DNA of 62,002 nucleotides, counting the filler, from Sandaracinaceae bacterium (GTDB lineage: Bacteria > Myxococcota_A > Polyangia > Polyangiales > JADJQN01): NCBI GenBank assembly GCA_947483975.1. It is 6 parts of 6 records of this genome, joined end to end, with 100 filler letters (N's around TTAATTAATTAA, not from the genome) between each part and the next. Parts side by side here need not be neighbours in the genome. Positions count along the whole stretch, not along the records: positions 20,927 to 31,172 come from CANKOL010000176.1; positions 31,273 to 41,459 come from CANKOL010000177.1; 4 more parts are not named here. One strand, written 5' to 3'. Below the pieces are notes generated by a model. The model searched no databases, had not been told where the DNA came from, and was given only the letters and a program-made list of their open reading frames with translations. This document shows, one piece after another, positions 28,923 through 38,556 of the stretch (position 1 is the stretch's first letter; each line of letters opens with the position of its first letter). A program made the position numbers and the translations under genes.

Positions 28923-29471
28923 ATGAGCACGCGACTCGAGCGCGTTCGCAGCGATGGAGAGGCGCTGCAGCGCTTTCTCGCGGAGACGTTCGACACCGCC
29001 TATGCGATCGACGAGCCCGCTGGCTCGTCGTCCGCGTGGGAGAGCGTGTGCGCGCGCTGGAGCGTGAGCTTGCTGCCGATGGTCGAGCGCGAGCAGATCC
29101 GCGCGGGGCAGCGCCCGCTGCGCGGCGCGCCGATCGTCGAGGTGCGCGAGGTCGTGGTCGCCATCGTGTTCGCGGCGCGGCACAGCCTGCGCACGGTGGA
29201 CACCTTCGACGACGACGCAGCGGATGCAGAGAAAGACCGCCTCTTGCGGCTCACGCAGCGCGCCGAGAGCGAGCTCGTCGACGCCTACTCGCGCGCGGTG
29301 TTGCCGAAGCGCAGGGGGATGTTCGCCAACGCGACGGCGCACGTCGCGCCTGGCCCCGCGGCGGCCCCGCAGACCGCGGCGGCGCACAGCCTGCGGTGCC
29401 GACACTGCGGCGCCCCGCGCTTCTCGGACAAGGACTTCGAGTGCGTGTTTTGCGGCCTGCCGATGGCCTAG
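28923..29471 (+). CDS. Hypothetical protein with a C-terminal zinc ribbon
   Basis: CRHCGAP...CVFCG. Confidence 0.7.
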   Translation: MSTRLERVRSDGEALQRFLAETFDTAYAIDEPAGSSSAWESVCARWSVSLLPMVEREQIRAGQRPLRGAPIVEVREVVVAIVFAARHSLRTVDTFDDDAADAEKDRLLRLTQRAESELVDAYSRAVLPKRRGMFANATAHVAPGPAAAPQTAAAHSLRCRHCGAPRFSDKDFECVFCGLPMA

Positions 29472-29501
29472 AGTCGCTCGCTGAAGAAGGGGATTTCGCC
29501 G

Positions 29502-30587
29502 ATGCTCGCACAGCTCTCTCCGCCGCTCCGAGCGCGCACCACGGTCGTGCTGGAGAAATGGCAAGGGTTTCTCGTGAAGGTCGGCGCCCGCGTCGACGAG
29601 GCGGTCGCGGAGGCGGACGTCGGGCTCGATGAGCTGATCGCCGCGCACAGCACCGATCCGGGCCCGCTCGGCGCGGCGTTCTCGGCGCTGCAGGCCAGAT
29701 TTCGGGGGCTGCAGACGAAGGTGTCCGAGGCGTGGGAGAAGATCGACGGGGAGCTCGACGCCGTCCGCGACGACGCCGAGGGCAACGACGCCGCGCTCCT
29801 TTCGCGCCTCTGGGCGCAGCTGTCGCGGTCCCGCCGCGACTGGCTCTTCGACCTCGACCTCCGCTACGAGCGACTGACCATCAGGAAAGAGGCTGACCTC
29901 GCGCGCGCTCTCTATCAGCAGAGCGAGCGCGAGCGCGGCGAGCCGGTGAACTGCCATCACTGCGGCGCGCCGCTCCGAGTCGAGACTTGGTGGCAGTCGA
30001 GCAACGTGGTTTGCAGCTCGTGCAAGGTGGTGAACTCGGTGAGCCCGGGGCCGGGGATCGCTTACTTCTATGGGGGCAACGGCGCGCACGCGCTCGTGCG
30101 GGAGCGGTCGCAAGATTGGGTGTATGCGCAGCTGCACGCAGAGCGCGCGTACAAGGCGCTGCGCGTGCCGACCGAGGAGGACTTCCAGCGCTACGTCGGC
30201 GCCGTGCGCGCCATGTACACTGCGTACTACCAGACGATGGCCGCGCTCAATCCAGCGTTCAGCGGTGACCCGAACGCGCTGATCGAGGCGAAGATGTCCC
30301 ACTACGCTCACTACGACTCAGGGGCCGACAAGAAGGCGCGCGCGGCCAACGGCGTGATGCTGCAGCTCGCGATGGCGGGCGACCGCGTGGGGCTCGGAGC
30401 GCACCTGCGCGCCGAGAAGCTCGACCTCGGGGAGTGCCTCTATGCGGCGGCTGAGCGCGAGCAGGAGGGCGCGATCGACGCGCTCCTCGAGCTGCAATAC
30501 GCGGCAGACGGCGACGGCGAGCCGAAGGGCGCTTGGCTCGCCGAGCGGAGGCGCGAGCTCGAGCAGTGGCTCGCGGGGCGCGGCTGA
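29502..30587 (+). CDS. Helical protein with a central zinc ribbon
   Basis: CHHCGAPL...CSSCKVVN between helical regions. Confidence 0.7.
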   Translation: MLAQLSPPLRARTTVVLEKWQGFLVKVGARVDEAVAEADVGLDELIAAHSTDPGPLGAAFSALQARFRGLQTKVSEAWEKIDGELDAVRDDAEGNDAALLSRLWAQLSRSRRDWLFDLDLRYERLTIRKEADLARALYQQSERERGEPVNCHHCGAPLRVETWWQSSNVVCSSCKVVNSVSPGPGIAYFYGGNGAHALVRERSQDWVYAQLHAERAYKALRVPTEEDFQRYVGAVRAMYTAYYQTMAALNPAFSGDPNALIEAKMSHYAHYDSGADKKARAANGVMLQLAMAGDRVGLGAHLRAEKLDLGECLYAAAEREQEGAIDALLELQYAADGDGEPKGAWLAERRRELEQWLAGRG

Positions 30588-31138
30588 TGGCGAGCGCCCG
30601 CGCGGTCGCTGCCCGCCTGATGGTCCCGCGCATCCTGTGGCTCTCGATGCTCACCTCCATCGTCTTCTACGGCGGGATTCTGTTCAGCGGCGCCGTCCCG
30701 CCGCCGCCTGAGACACCCGCGATCCCCCTGCCGATGTTGCTCGCCATCGCGCTCTCCTGCGCGGTCGCGAGCTTCCTCGTGCCGGTGTTCCTGCACCGCA
30801 GCGCGCTCGCGAAGGTCGAGTTCGAGGTCGATGAGCTGCCGCTGCAGGAGGCGCCGACCGGCTACCGCACGGCGGGCACGAGCTACCGCCGCCTCTCCCC
30901 GAGCGTCTACGACAGCGCGATGCGGCTCTATTTCGCGCCGTTCATCGTCTCGCTGGCGCTCTCGGAGGCGGTCGCGCTCTTCGGCTTCATCGGCGCGTAT
31001 ACGGGGCAGCCCATCCCGTATTGCCTGCCCTTCCTCGGAGTCGGGGCGCTCCTGATCGCGGTGCGCTTCCCGACTTGGCGCGCCGCGCTCGCGCCCATCG
31101 AGAAGCAGACGAGCGCGGTCGCGCCGCCGCCGCAATGA
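30587..31138 (+). CDS. Four-TM membrane protein
   Basis: TGATG coupling to the previous gene; ILWLSM and LALSEAVALFG helices. Confidence 0.7.
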   Translation: MASARAVAARLMVPRILWLSMLTSIVFYGGILFSGAVPPPPETPAIPLPMLLAIALSCAVASFLVPVFLHRSALAKVEFEVDELPLQEAPTGYRTAGTSYRRLSPSVYDSAMRLYFAPFIVSLALSEAVALFGFIGAYTGQPIPYCLPFLGVGALLIAVRFPTWRAALAPIEKQTSAVAPPPQ

Positions 31139-31172
31139 GCGCGGTCGCGCCGCCGCCGCAATGAGCGCGGTC
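31111..31172. repeat. 26-nt tandem repeat running into the contig end
   Basis: gagcgcggtcgcgccgccgccgcaat twice plus a partial third copy. Confidence 0.85.
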
Positions 31173-31272
31173 NNNNNNNNNNNNNNNNNNNNNNNNNNNN
31201 NNNNNNNNNNNNNNNNTTAATTAATTAANNNNNNNNNNNNNNNNNNNNNNNNNNNNNNNNNNNNNNNNNNNN
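31173..31272. other. Artificial contig linker
   Basis: N44-TTAATTAATTAA-N44. Confidence 0.98.
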
Positions 31273-31781
31273 CGCGCGTCGCGGGCGTCGCGGAGGTCTG
31301 CGCACGGGTCGTCGAGCTCGAGGTAGCCGGGCGTCGCGCGCATCCGGGCGCGGTCGAGCTCGCACTCGACCAGCGCGAGGTCGGTCGGGTCGCCGAAGAG
31401 CCAGCGCCAGCGCTCGTAGAAGCGGCGCGCCTCTGCGGGGCCGTGCTCGACGAGCGAGAGGAGGTTCGGCGGCAGCTTGCGGACCTCGCGCTCGAGCGTG
31501 TCGATCGTCGCCTGATTGCGCGCGGCGTCGGGCGACGCGACGACGACGATCAGCGTCGAGGACGCGCCGCCGCGGCGGTCCACCGTGGCGCGGAAGCGCT
31601 TCGCGGCGGGGCTCTCGGTCGGGAGCAATTCGATGAAGTCGCCCCGGATCTTGAGGTGCGCGGCGTAGAACCAGCACCCGCCGAGGACGCCGAGCGTGAC
31701 GAGCAGGACGAGCCCTGCGTGCTTGGCGCAGGCGCGCGTGACCGCCTCGACCGCGCGCGTGATGAGAGACTTCTTGACCAC
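31273..31781 (-). CDS. N-terminus of an MMPL/RND family transporter, truncated
   Basis: TM followed by LKIRGDFIELLP and LIVVVASPD, typical of MMPL/HpnN-like N-termini. Confidence 0.65.
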
Positions 31782-31783
31782 GG

Positions 31784-32944
31784 CTATCGACTCCTCCGGT
31801 GGAGCGCGAGGACCTCTGCGTAGACCTCGAGAAAGCGCGAAAAGACCGCGTCCCAGCCGTGGCGCGCGCCGATCACGGCGTGTCGGCGGGCGCGCTCTGC
31901 GGCGTCCGCGGGCACCGCGTCGCGGACGGCGCGCACGAGCCCCTCGACGCCCTCCCCGACCATCGGCTCGAGCCCGACGAGGCGCGCAAGCTCCGGCGCC
32001 GCGCCGCGGTCCCGCGTGATGACCGTCGTGCCCGTCGCGAGCGCCTCCGCGGTGAGCAGCCCGAAGGTCTCGCCGGCGCTCAAGGAGAGCACGACGTCGG
32101 CGCTCGCGAGGAGCGCGGCGACGCGCAGCGGGTCGGGCTCGAAGGGCAGCCGAACGACCTCGGGATAGTCGCGCACGAGCGCGTCGACGCGGCCCGAGAG
32201 CGGCCCATGCCCGCCGATCGCGAGGCGAAAGCGCGCGGGGTCGCGGAGCGCGGGATACGCGGCGAGCGCGTGATGCAGGCCCTTTTCTGGCACGAAACGC
32301 GCGAGGAAGAGCGCGAGCTTCGCGCCCTCGGGCACGCCGAGCTTCGCCCGGAGCGCGTCGTCGCGGCGCTCGGGGCGAAAGCGCTCGAGGTCGACGCCGA
32401 GCGGCGTGAGAAAGACGTGCTCGACGCCGCCGGAGCGGAGCCGCGCGAGCGAGTGCTCCGACGCGCCGAGCGCCGCGGTGAACTGCCGATAGGTGAAGCC
32501 GATGTGCCGCACGGCGAGGCGCTCTGCGCGCGCCGCGACGCGCTCACTCAAGTGCGCGAGGGGCTGCCGCGCGAAGAGCTCGGGATAGTCGGTGTGAAAG
32601 AAGCCGACCGACGCGGCGCCGCACTTCGCGATCGCCGAGCGCACGAGGTGCGGCAGCACATAGGGGCTCCCGACCTCGACGAGCTCCGGGCGAAATTGCT
32701 CGAGCACGCGGCCGAGCGCGCGCGGCGAGAGCATCGCGCGATAGCCCGCGCCGACGGGCACTCCGCGCAGGCGATACACCGTCGCGCGGGGGCCGACCTG
32801 CTCGACCTCGTCCCGCGCGCCCGGCACGACGAGCGCGTAGTCGTGATCGTCGCGCGCGGCGAAGAACGCGAGCTTCCGGTCGTGGTAGGTGCGGATTCCA
32901 CCGCCTGTCGGCGAGTAGCCGTTGTCGACGTCGAGGATCCGCAT
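31784..32944 (-). CDS. GT4 family glycosyltransferase
   Basis: YSPTGGGIRTY, FFHTDYP, PLGVDLERF, EKG, ETFGLLTAEALA. Confidence 0.9.
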   Translation of the reverse strand: MRILDVDNGYSPTGGGIRTYHDRKLAFFAARDDHDYALVVPGARDEVEQVGPRATVYRLRGVPVGAGYRAMLSPRALGRVLEQFRPELVEVGSPYVLPHLVRSAIAKCGAASVGFFHTDYPELFARQPLAHLSERVAARAERLAVRHIGFTYRQFTAALGASEHSLARLRSGGVEHVFLTPLGVDLERFRPERRDDALRAKLGVPEGAKLALFLARFVPEKGLHHALAAYPALRDPARFRLAIGGHGPLSGRVDALVRDYPEVVRLPFEPDPLRVAALLASADVVLSLSAGETFGLLTAEALATGTTVITRDRGAAPELARLVGLEPMVGEGVEGLVRAVRDAVPADAAERARRHAVIGARHGWDAVFSRFLEVYAEVLALHRRSR

Positions 32945-32980
32945 CGCGCGCCGATGTGTAGCACGCGGCCTCAGTCGGGC

Positions 32981-34003
32981 TCAGCGCGAGGCGAGCAGCG
33001 CCTTCACGCTCTCGAGCGCGACCTCGTCGAGCGGCGCGAGCGCGCCCGCGAGGTCGACGTGCGCGAAGCTCTTCGCCGCTGCGCGCGCCGCGAACGCGCG
33101 AATCGACGGCACGTTGAGGTCCTCGATGCGCAGCGCGTCGCCGACCTTCGCGCGCGCGACGAGCGCGGCGTTGAGCGCCTGCTCGTGATGCACGCCCGTA
33201 TGCAGCGCGAGCACGGGCTTCTGCGTCAGCACGCACTCGGCGAGCACGTTGCTCCCCGCCGTCGCGACGACCCCCTGCGCGCGCCGGAGGTGCGCGACGA
33301 AGCGCTCGCGCGAGACGGGCTCGACGCGCACTCGCCCGCGCGCCCGCACGCCCTCGCCGAACACGACGACGTCGAGGTCGGCCTCGGCGAGCCGCGCGAC
33401 GACGGCCTCGCGGTCGCCGTCCGAGAGGTACGCGAGCAAGAACGGCTCGCTCGGCAGCGCGCGCGCGTCCGCCTCGTCGCGCGGCGACGCGAGATCGGGC
33501 GGCGTCAGCGGGCGGGCGACGCGCGTGTTCGCCAGGCGCGCCTCGAGCGGCAGAAAATGCACGGCGATGCGCGCGTCCGCGAGGCGCGTCGGCACGACCG
33601 AGTTGAGGCGCTCGCGCACGAGGCTCAGCGGCGGGAGCCCGCGCGGCAGCACACACGCAGAGAACACGAGGTCGTGCCCGATCGCGAGCGACGGCACGCC
33701 AGCCCGGCGCGCCCCGAGCACGATCGCCTGATCTCCGTCGGTGATCACGAGGTCCGGGCGCTCGCTGCGCAGGCGCGCGGCGTCCTCGTGCCCGCGGCTC
33801 AGCAGCGCTCGCACGGCGCCGCGCCCCGGCAAGAGCGGCGCGCGCGGGCGCACGTCCGCGAGGTCCGCGAGCAGCGAGACGCCGTCGCCTCCCGCGAAGA
33901 CCTGCACGCTGTGCCCCTCCGAGAGGAGCCGCGCGATCACCGCGCGCGCGCGGCTCGCGTGCCCGCGCCCGTGCCCGTGCACGGCGTAGTCGATGCGCGC
34001 CAT
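32981..34003 (-). CDS. GT-B glycosyltransferase (MJ1255/VC2487-like)
   Basis: YAVHGHGRGHASR, PDLVITD, TAGSNVLAE, EQALNA. Confidence 0.8.
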   Translation of the reverse strand: MARIDYAVHGHGRGHASRARAVIARLLSEGHSVQVFAGGDGVSLLADLADVRPRAPLLPGRGAVRALLSRGHEDAARLRSERPDLVITDGDQAIVLGARRAGVPSLAIGHDLVFSACVLPRGLPPLSLVRERLNSVVPTRLADARIAVHFLPLEARLANTRVARPLTPPDLASPRDEADARALPSEPFLLAYLSDGDREAVVARLAEADLDVVVFGEGVRARGRVRVEPVSRERFVAHLRRAQGVVATAGSNVLAECVLTQKPVLALHTGVHHEQALNAALVARAKVGDALRIEDLNVPSIRAFAARAAAKSFAHVDLAGALAPLDEVALESVKALLASR

Positions 34004-34019
34004 CAGCGGCGCCGCGCCT

Positions 34020-34769
34020 TCAGGGCAGGCCCCAGCGCGCGCCGTTCTTGCGCAGCTGATACTTCGTCAGGTGAAAGCGCGCGTCGTTGAGGAACTTCAA
34101 GAACGGGCGCTGCGTGCGCATCGTCGGATGCCACTGATGCAGCATGCTCGTCTGCTCCTCGACCCACACCTGCGCGAGCCCGAAGCGCAGCGCGCGGCGC
34201 GTCATATCGCCGTCCTCTGCGCCCCAGAACACGAACTTCTCGTCGTAGCCGCGGACGTCGAAGTAGAACGAGCGCTTGGCCATCTGACACGCGCCCGTGC
34301 CGAGCCGCGGGCGGAAGCTCGCGCGCTCGAGGAGCGACGCGAAGTCGGGCTCTTCCCAGCGCTGCTCGCGCACGTCCTCGGGCAGATCGCGGCACTTGCA
34401 GAGGACCATCGCGTGCCCCGCTGCGCGCTCCTGCGCGGCGAGCAGCGTCGAGAGGAAAGTCGGCGCGAAGATCATGTCCGCGTCGGTGCAGAACACGTAC
34501 TCACCGCGCGCCGCGCGGATGCCGAGGTTGAGCGCGCGGGCGCGGTTCCAGAGGGTGCGCGTCGGCGTGTGCACGACGCGGGCGCCGTGCTCGTCGGCGA
34601 GCACGCGGAGCGCGGCGAGGTGCTCGGCGTCGCTGCCGTAGTCGCTGAAGACGATCTCGAAGCGCTCGGCGGGGGCGTCCTGCCAGCGCAGCGAGCGCAG
34701 GCAGTTGCCGACGCGGTCGCCGCCTCGGTTGCGGATCGGGATGACGACGGTGAGCACGGGTTCGGGCAT
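34020..34769 (-). CDS. GT2 family glycosyltransferase
   Basis: VVIPIRNR, DYGS, DADM, GYDEKFVFWGAEDGD. Confidence 0.9.
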   Translation of the reverse strand: MPEPVLTVVIPIRNRGGDRVGNCLRSLRWQDAPAERFEIVFSDYGSDAEHLAALRVLADEHGARVVHTPTRTLWNRARALNLGIRAARGEYVFCTDADMIFAPTFLSTLLAAQERAAGHAMVLCKCRDLPEDVREQRWEEPDFASLLERASFRPRLGTGACQMAKRSFYFDVRGYDEKFVFWGAEDGDMTRRALRFGLAQVWVEEQTSMLHQWHPTMRTQRPFLKFLNDARFHLTKYQLRKNGARWGLP

Positions 34770-34882
34770 CGGCGGGCGGCGGCAACCATGGCGTGCGTGC
34801 GCGCGCGCGGCAACGACGGGCCCACCACCGCGCTAGACGTTCCGCGAGCGAAGGTTCACGGTACGGCCACCTGGAGGCCCTC

Positions 34883-36049
34883 GTGTCATCGTTTCTTCCC
34901 TATGGGCGGCAGCTGATCGAGGACGACGACGTCGCCGCGGTCGCCGCCGCGCTCCGCTCCGACTTCCTCACGACCGGTCCCGCGATCGAGGCCTTCGAGC
35001 AGAAGCTCTGCGAGGCGGTCGGCGCCAAGTACGCGGTCGCCGTCTCGAACGGCACGGCCGCGCTGCATGCCGCGTGCTTCGCCGCGGGCCTCGCGCACGG
35101 CGACGAGGCGCTCGTGCCGGCGATCACCTTCCTCGCGACCGCGAACGCGGTCCGCTACTGCAACGCCGAGCCGCGCTTCGTCGACGTCGACCAAGACTCC
35201 GGCCTCGCGAGCGCGGCGCACTTCGAGGCGCGCCTGACCCTGCGCACGCGCGCGCTGCTACCCGTGCACCTGACCGGGCGCCCGGTCGACCTCGCGCCGC
35301 TCCGCGCGCTCGCGAAGACCCGCAATCTCCTCGTGATCGAGGACGCCGCGCACGCACTCGGGGCGCGCTACCGGGGCCAGCCGATCGGCGCTTGCGAGTT
35401 CTCGGATATGGCGATCTTCTCGTTCCATCCGGTCAAGCACATCACGACGGCGGAGGGCGGCGCGATCACGACGAACGACGCCACCTTCGCCAAGAAGATG
35501 CGCAGCTTCCGGTCGCACGGGATGGTGCGCGACGCCGAGGACCTGCTCCACGAGAAGGACGGCCCCTGGTACTACGAGCAGCAGGAGCTCGGCTTCAACT
35601 ACCGCCTCACGGACGTGCAGGCGGTGCTCGGGACGAGCCAGCTCGGCAAGCTCGCGCGCTTCATCGACCGGCGGCGCGCGATCGCCGCGCGCTACGACGC
35701 GCTCTTCGCGGGGGCGCGCTATGTGCGGCCGATCGACCAGGGCACGCCGGACGCCGAGAGTGCCTATCACCTCTATCCCGTGCTCATCGACTTCGCGGCC
35801 CTCGGCGTCACGCGCGCCGAGGTCGTCGCGCAGCTGCACGCGCGCGGGATCGGCACTCAAGTCCACTACATCCCCGTGCCGCAGCAGCCCTATTACGCGG
35901 CGCGCGGACATCACGTCGCGGACTTCCCCGGCGCGCAGAAGTACTACGCGCACACGCTCTCTCTGCCGATGTATCCGGCGATGAGCGACGACGACGTCGA
36001 GCGCGTCGCGGCGGCCGTCCTCGAGGCCACCGGGCGCTCGGCGGGCTGA
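34883..36049 (+). CDS. pseC: PseC-like PLP-dependent sugar aminotransferase
   Basis: GGAGG RBS with GTG start; LPYGRQ, EDAAHALG, FSFHPVKHITTAEGG, LGFNYRLTD. Confidence 0.88.
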   Translation: MSSFLPYGRQLIEDDDVAAVAAALRSDFLTTGPAIEAFEQKLCEAVGAKYAVAVSNGTAALHAACFAAGLAHGDEALVPAITFLATANAVRYCNAEPRFVDVDQDSGLASAAHFEARLTLRTRALLPVHLTGRPVDLAPLRALAKTRNLLVIEDAAHALGARYRGQPIGACEFSDMAIFSFHPVKHITTAEGGAITTNDATFAKKMRSFRSHGMVRDAEDLLHEKDGPWYYEQQELGFNYRLTDVQAVLGTSQLGKLARFIDRRRAIAARYDALFAGARYVRPIDQGTPDAESAYHLYPVLIDFAALGVTRAEVVAQLHARGIGTQVHYIPVPQQPYYAARGHHVADFPGAQKYYAHTLSLPMYPAMSDDDVERVAAAVLEATGRSAG

Positions 36050-36063
36050 GCGCGCGCGCGGCG

Positions 36064-36939
36064 ATGTTCCCCGACAACCACTTCTACGGGCACGCCGGGC
36101 TGCTGCGCGCCTACGCGGGCGTTCGACGCGCGCCCGCGATGCCGGGGCGACTCCAGCACGGCTGGCAGACCGGCCCGGGGCTCTCGACTCGGCACCTCGC
36201 GGAGCCTTGGCCGAAGTTTCTCTGGTCCGATCGCAACGTCGCGCGGGCGTCGGAGCAGGGCTTTCGCGGGCTCGTGCCGCTCGGCGCGCCGTATCTCTAT
36301 CTCGGCGCATCCGCCGACGCGGGCGCCCCGCGCGGGCTGCTCGCGATTCCCTTTCACGGCTGGGAGAAGCAGAAGATCGCGGGCGATCTCGGGCGCTACG
36401 CCGAGTCGCTCAGTGACCTCGAGGCGCGCGGACTCGGGCCCGTGACGGTGTGCCTCTACTTCACCGAACACCGCGAGCCGGCGCTGCGTCGGCTCTTCGA
36501 GGAGCGCGGCTTCGCCGTGACGACGATGGGCCCGCGGGACGGGAATCCCGACTTTCTCGACAAGCAGCGCGCGCTGCTGCGTGCCCATCTGCGCGTGACC
36601 TCGAACCGCATCAGCACGGCGGCGTTCTATGCGCTCCACGAGGCGCGGCCGTTCTTTCTCCACGGCCCGACGATGGGCCTCGAGGCCACCGAAGATCCGA
36701 CCGGCGAGAGGTTCGACGCGTGGCAGCGCGAGAGCTTCCCGTCGCTCTACGGCGCCCGCGCAGAGGACGTCGCCGACGTCGGGCTCGGCGCCGAGGAGCT
36801 CGGCGCGCGACACCGACGCACGCCGGCTGAGCTGCGCGAGCTGCTCGCGTGGACGCCGACGCGCGCCTGGGTGCGCGTCGCCCGGCGGCTACAGCGCGTC
36901 ACGCACGGCGTCAGCTCGGCGCTGCGCTCACGGCGCTGA
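36064..36939 (+). CDS. Hypothetical protein in the glycan cluster
   Basis: ORF MFPDNHFYGH begins 14 nt after the pseC stop; QHGW, PFHGWE and SNRISTAAFYA motifs. Confidence 0.65.
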   Translation: MFPDNHFYGHAGLLRAYAGVRRAPAMPGRLQHGWQTGPGLSTRHLAEPWPKFLWSDRNVARASEQGFRGLVPLGAPYLYLGASADAGAPRGLLAIPFHGWEKQKIAGDLGRYAESLSDLEARGLGPVTVCLYFTEHREPALRRLFEERGFAVTTMGPRDGNPDFLDKQRALLRAHLRVTSNRISTAAFYALHEARPFFLHGPTMGLEATEDPTGERFDAWQRESFPSLYGARAEDVADVGLGAEELGARHRRTPAELRELLAWTPTRAWVRVARRLQRVTHGVSSALRSRR

Positions 36940-36941
36940 GC

Positions 36942-38438
36942 TCACGGCGCTGAGCCGTTGCCGCGCCGCAGCCGGAGCGCGCGCAGCTCCTCGCGCGAGA
37001 AGAAGCCGAGCGCGACGAGGACGCCGCCGCCGGCGAGCAAGAGCGCGAGCTTCGCGCCGAGCTCCAGCCAGCCGGTCAGCGCGTAGTCGAGCGCCGTGCC
37101 GAGCAGCATCACGACGGCGCACACGACGGTGAGCTTCGCGAGGCGCGCGACCTCGAACGGCAGCCGCGCGACCCTGCGCGACGCCCAGCGCACGCCGAGC
37201 GTCAGGATCACGTAGCCGAGCAAGGTCGCCCACGCCGCGCCGACGATCCCGAAGGTCGGCAGCCAGAGGATGTTGAGCAGCACGTTCGCGGTGCCCGCGA
37301 GCACGGTCATGAAGGGCAACACGCCGTTGCGCGCGTGGAAGAAGAGCACCGCGACGTAGACGTAATAGAGCCCCTGCGCGAGCCCGCCGAGCGCGAGCAC
37401 CGGCGCGAGCCCCGCGGCTGCGCCGTACGCGGGCGCGAAGAAGAGCCGCACGATCGACGGCGAGAGCACGACGAGCGAGGTCGACACGCTCGCGACGACG
37501 AGGATGAAGTACGTGATGCTGCGCGCGACCGTCGGGCGCTTCTCCGGGTCCGCGAAGGAGCGCGTGAAGAGCGGCACCCACGCGCGGTTCATCGACGAGG
37601 CGAGCAGGTTCACGCCGTCGATGAACGCGTAGGAGGCGACGTAGATGCCGACCGCGGAGGTGCCGCGATAGCGCTCGATCAGCCAGCGATCCGACGCGTT
37701 GAGGACCCAGTGCGCGAGCAGATGCGGCACGAGCGGGATGCTGAAGCGCAGCGCGCGCGTGAGCTGAGGTCGGTCCCAGGCGAGCCCGATGTTGCGCGCG
37801 ATGTAGAGCGTGTACGGCACCGCGAGCACGAGCAGGCTGAGCGTGCGCCCCCACAGCAGCCCGAACACCGCCATGCCGAAGCCCGCGACCATCAGCAGCG
37901 AGCCGCCGAGGTTGACGCTGCTCGACAGGAGCGTCGCGCCGATGAACGCGCGGCTGCGCTCGGACGCCGCCCACGCCGCCGTCGGCACGACCCCGAGCAC
38001 GCCGAGCCCCGCGATCGCGGCGATGAAGTAGCCGTACGGATGAAACGGCAGCGCCGGCACGATGTGCGGCAGCAGCCACGGCCCGACGAGCAAGAAGACG
38101 CCGGTGAGCGCGCCGCCCCAGAGGAGCAAGAACGCGACGATCGTGCCTTGAAAGCGCCGCCGCGCGGGCTCGTCGTGCTCGTGCTCGTAGAAGTAGCGCG
38201 TGACCGCGCCGTGGAGCGCTGGGTTGTAGAGGTACGCCAGCGCGCCGACGACCATCGTGACGAGCGAGTACTTGCCGAGGTCCGTCGGCGAGAGCAGCCG
38301 CGTCAGCAGCGGCATGAACACGACCGAGAGGACCTGCAGCGCCACCTCGCCGAGCGTGTAGACGACGGTGTTGAGGAAGAGGCGCCGCATCGGCGACGGC
38401 GAGGGCGCGCTGGCTTCGCTCACGAGCGGGCTCCGCAC
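36942..38438 (-). CDS. Wzx-type oligosaccharide flippase
   Basis: About 12-14 TM helices; PLLTRLLSP, LRFSIPLVPH, SDRWLI, GIVGAAWAT. Confidence 0.88.
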   Translation of the reverse strand: MRSPLVSEASAPSPSPMRRLFLNTVVYTLGEVALQVLSVVFMPLLTRLLSPTDLGKYSLVTMVVGALAYLYNPALHGAVTRYFYEHEHDEPARRRFQGTIVAFLLLWGGALTGVFLLVGPWLLPHIVPALPFHPYGYFIAAIAGLGVLGVVPTAAWAASERSRAFIGATLLSSSVNLGGSLLMVAGFGMAVFGLLWGRTLSLLVLAVPYTLYIARNIGLAWDRPQLTRALRFSIPLVPHLLAHWVLNASDRWLIERYRGTSAVGIYVASYAFIDGVNLLASSMNRAWVPLFTRSFADPEKRPTVARSITYFILVVASVSTSLVVLSPSIVRLFFAPAYGAAAGLAPVLALGGLAQGLYYVYVAVLFFHARNGVLPFMTVLAGTANVLLNILWLPTFGIVGAAWATLLGYVILTLGVRWASRRVARLPFEVARLAKLTVVCAVVMLLGTALDYALTGWLELGAKLALLLAGGGVLVALGFFSREELRALRLRRGNGSAP

Positions 38439-38556
38439 GCCGGCGGCGGTCGTGCTGTCATGGCGGCAACAGATAGCACGGGGGCGACGGCGCGCCCGAC
38501 CCGCGGGAGGGGCCCTCGCTGGCGAGCGCGCGGGGCCCGTGGCAAAAGGCCCCGCG

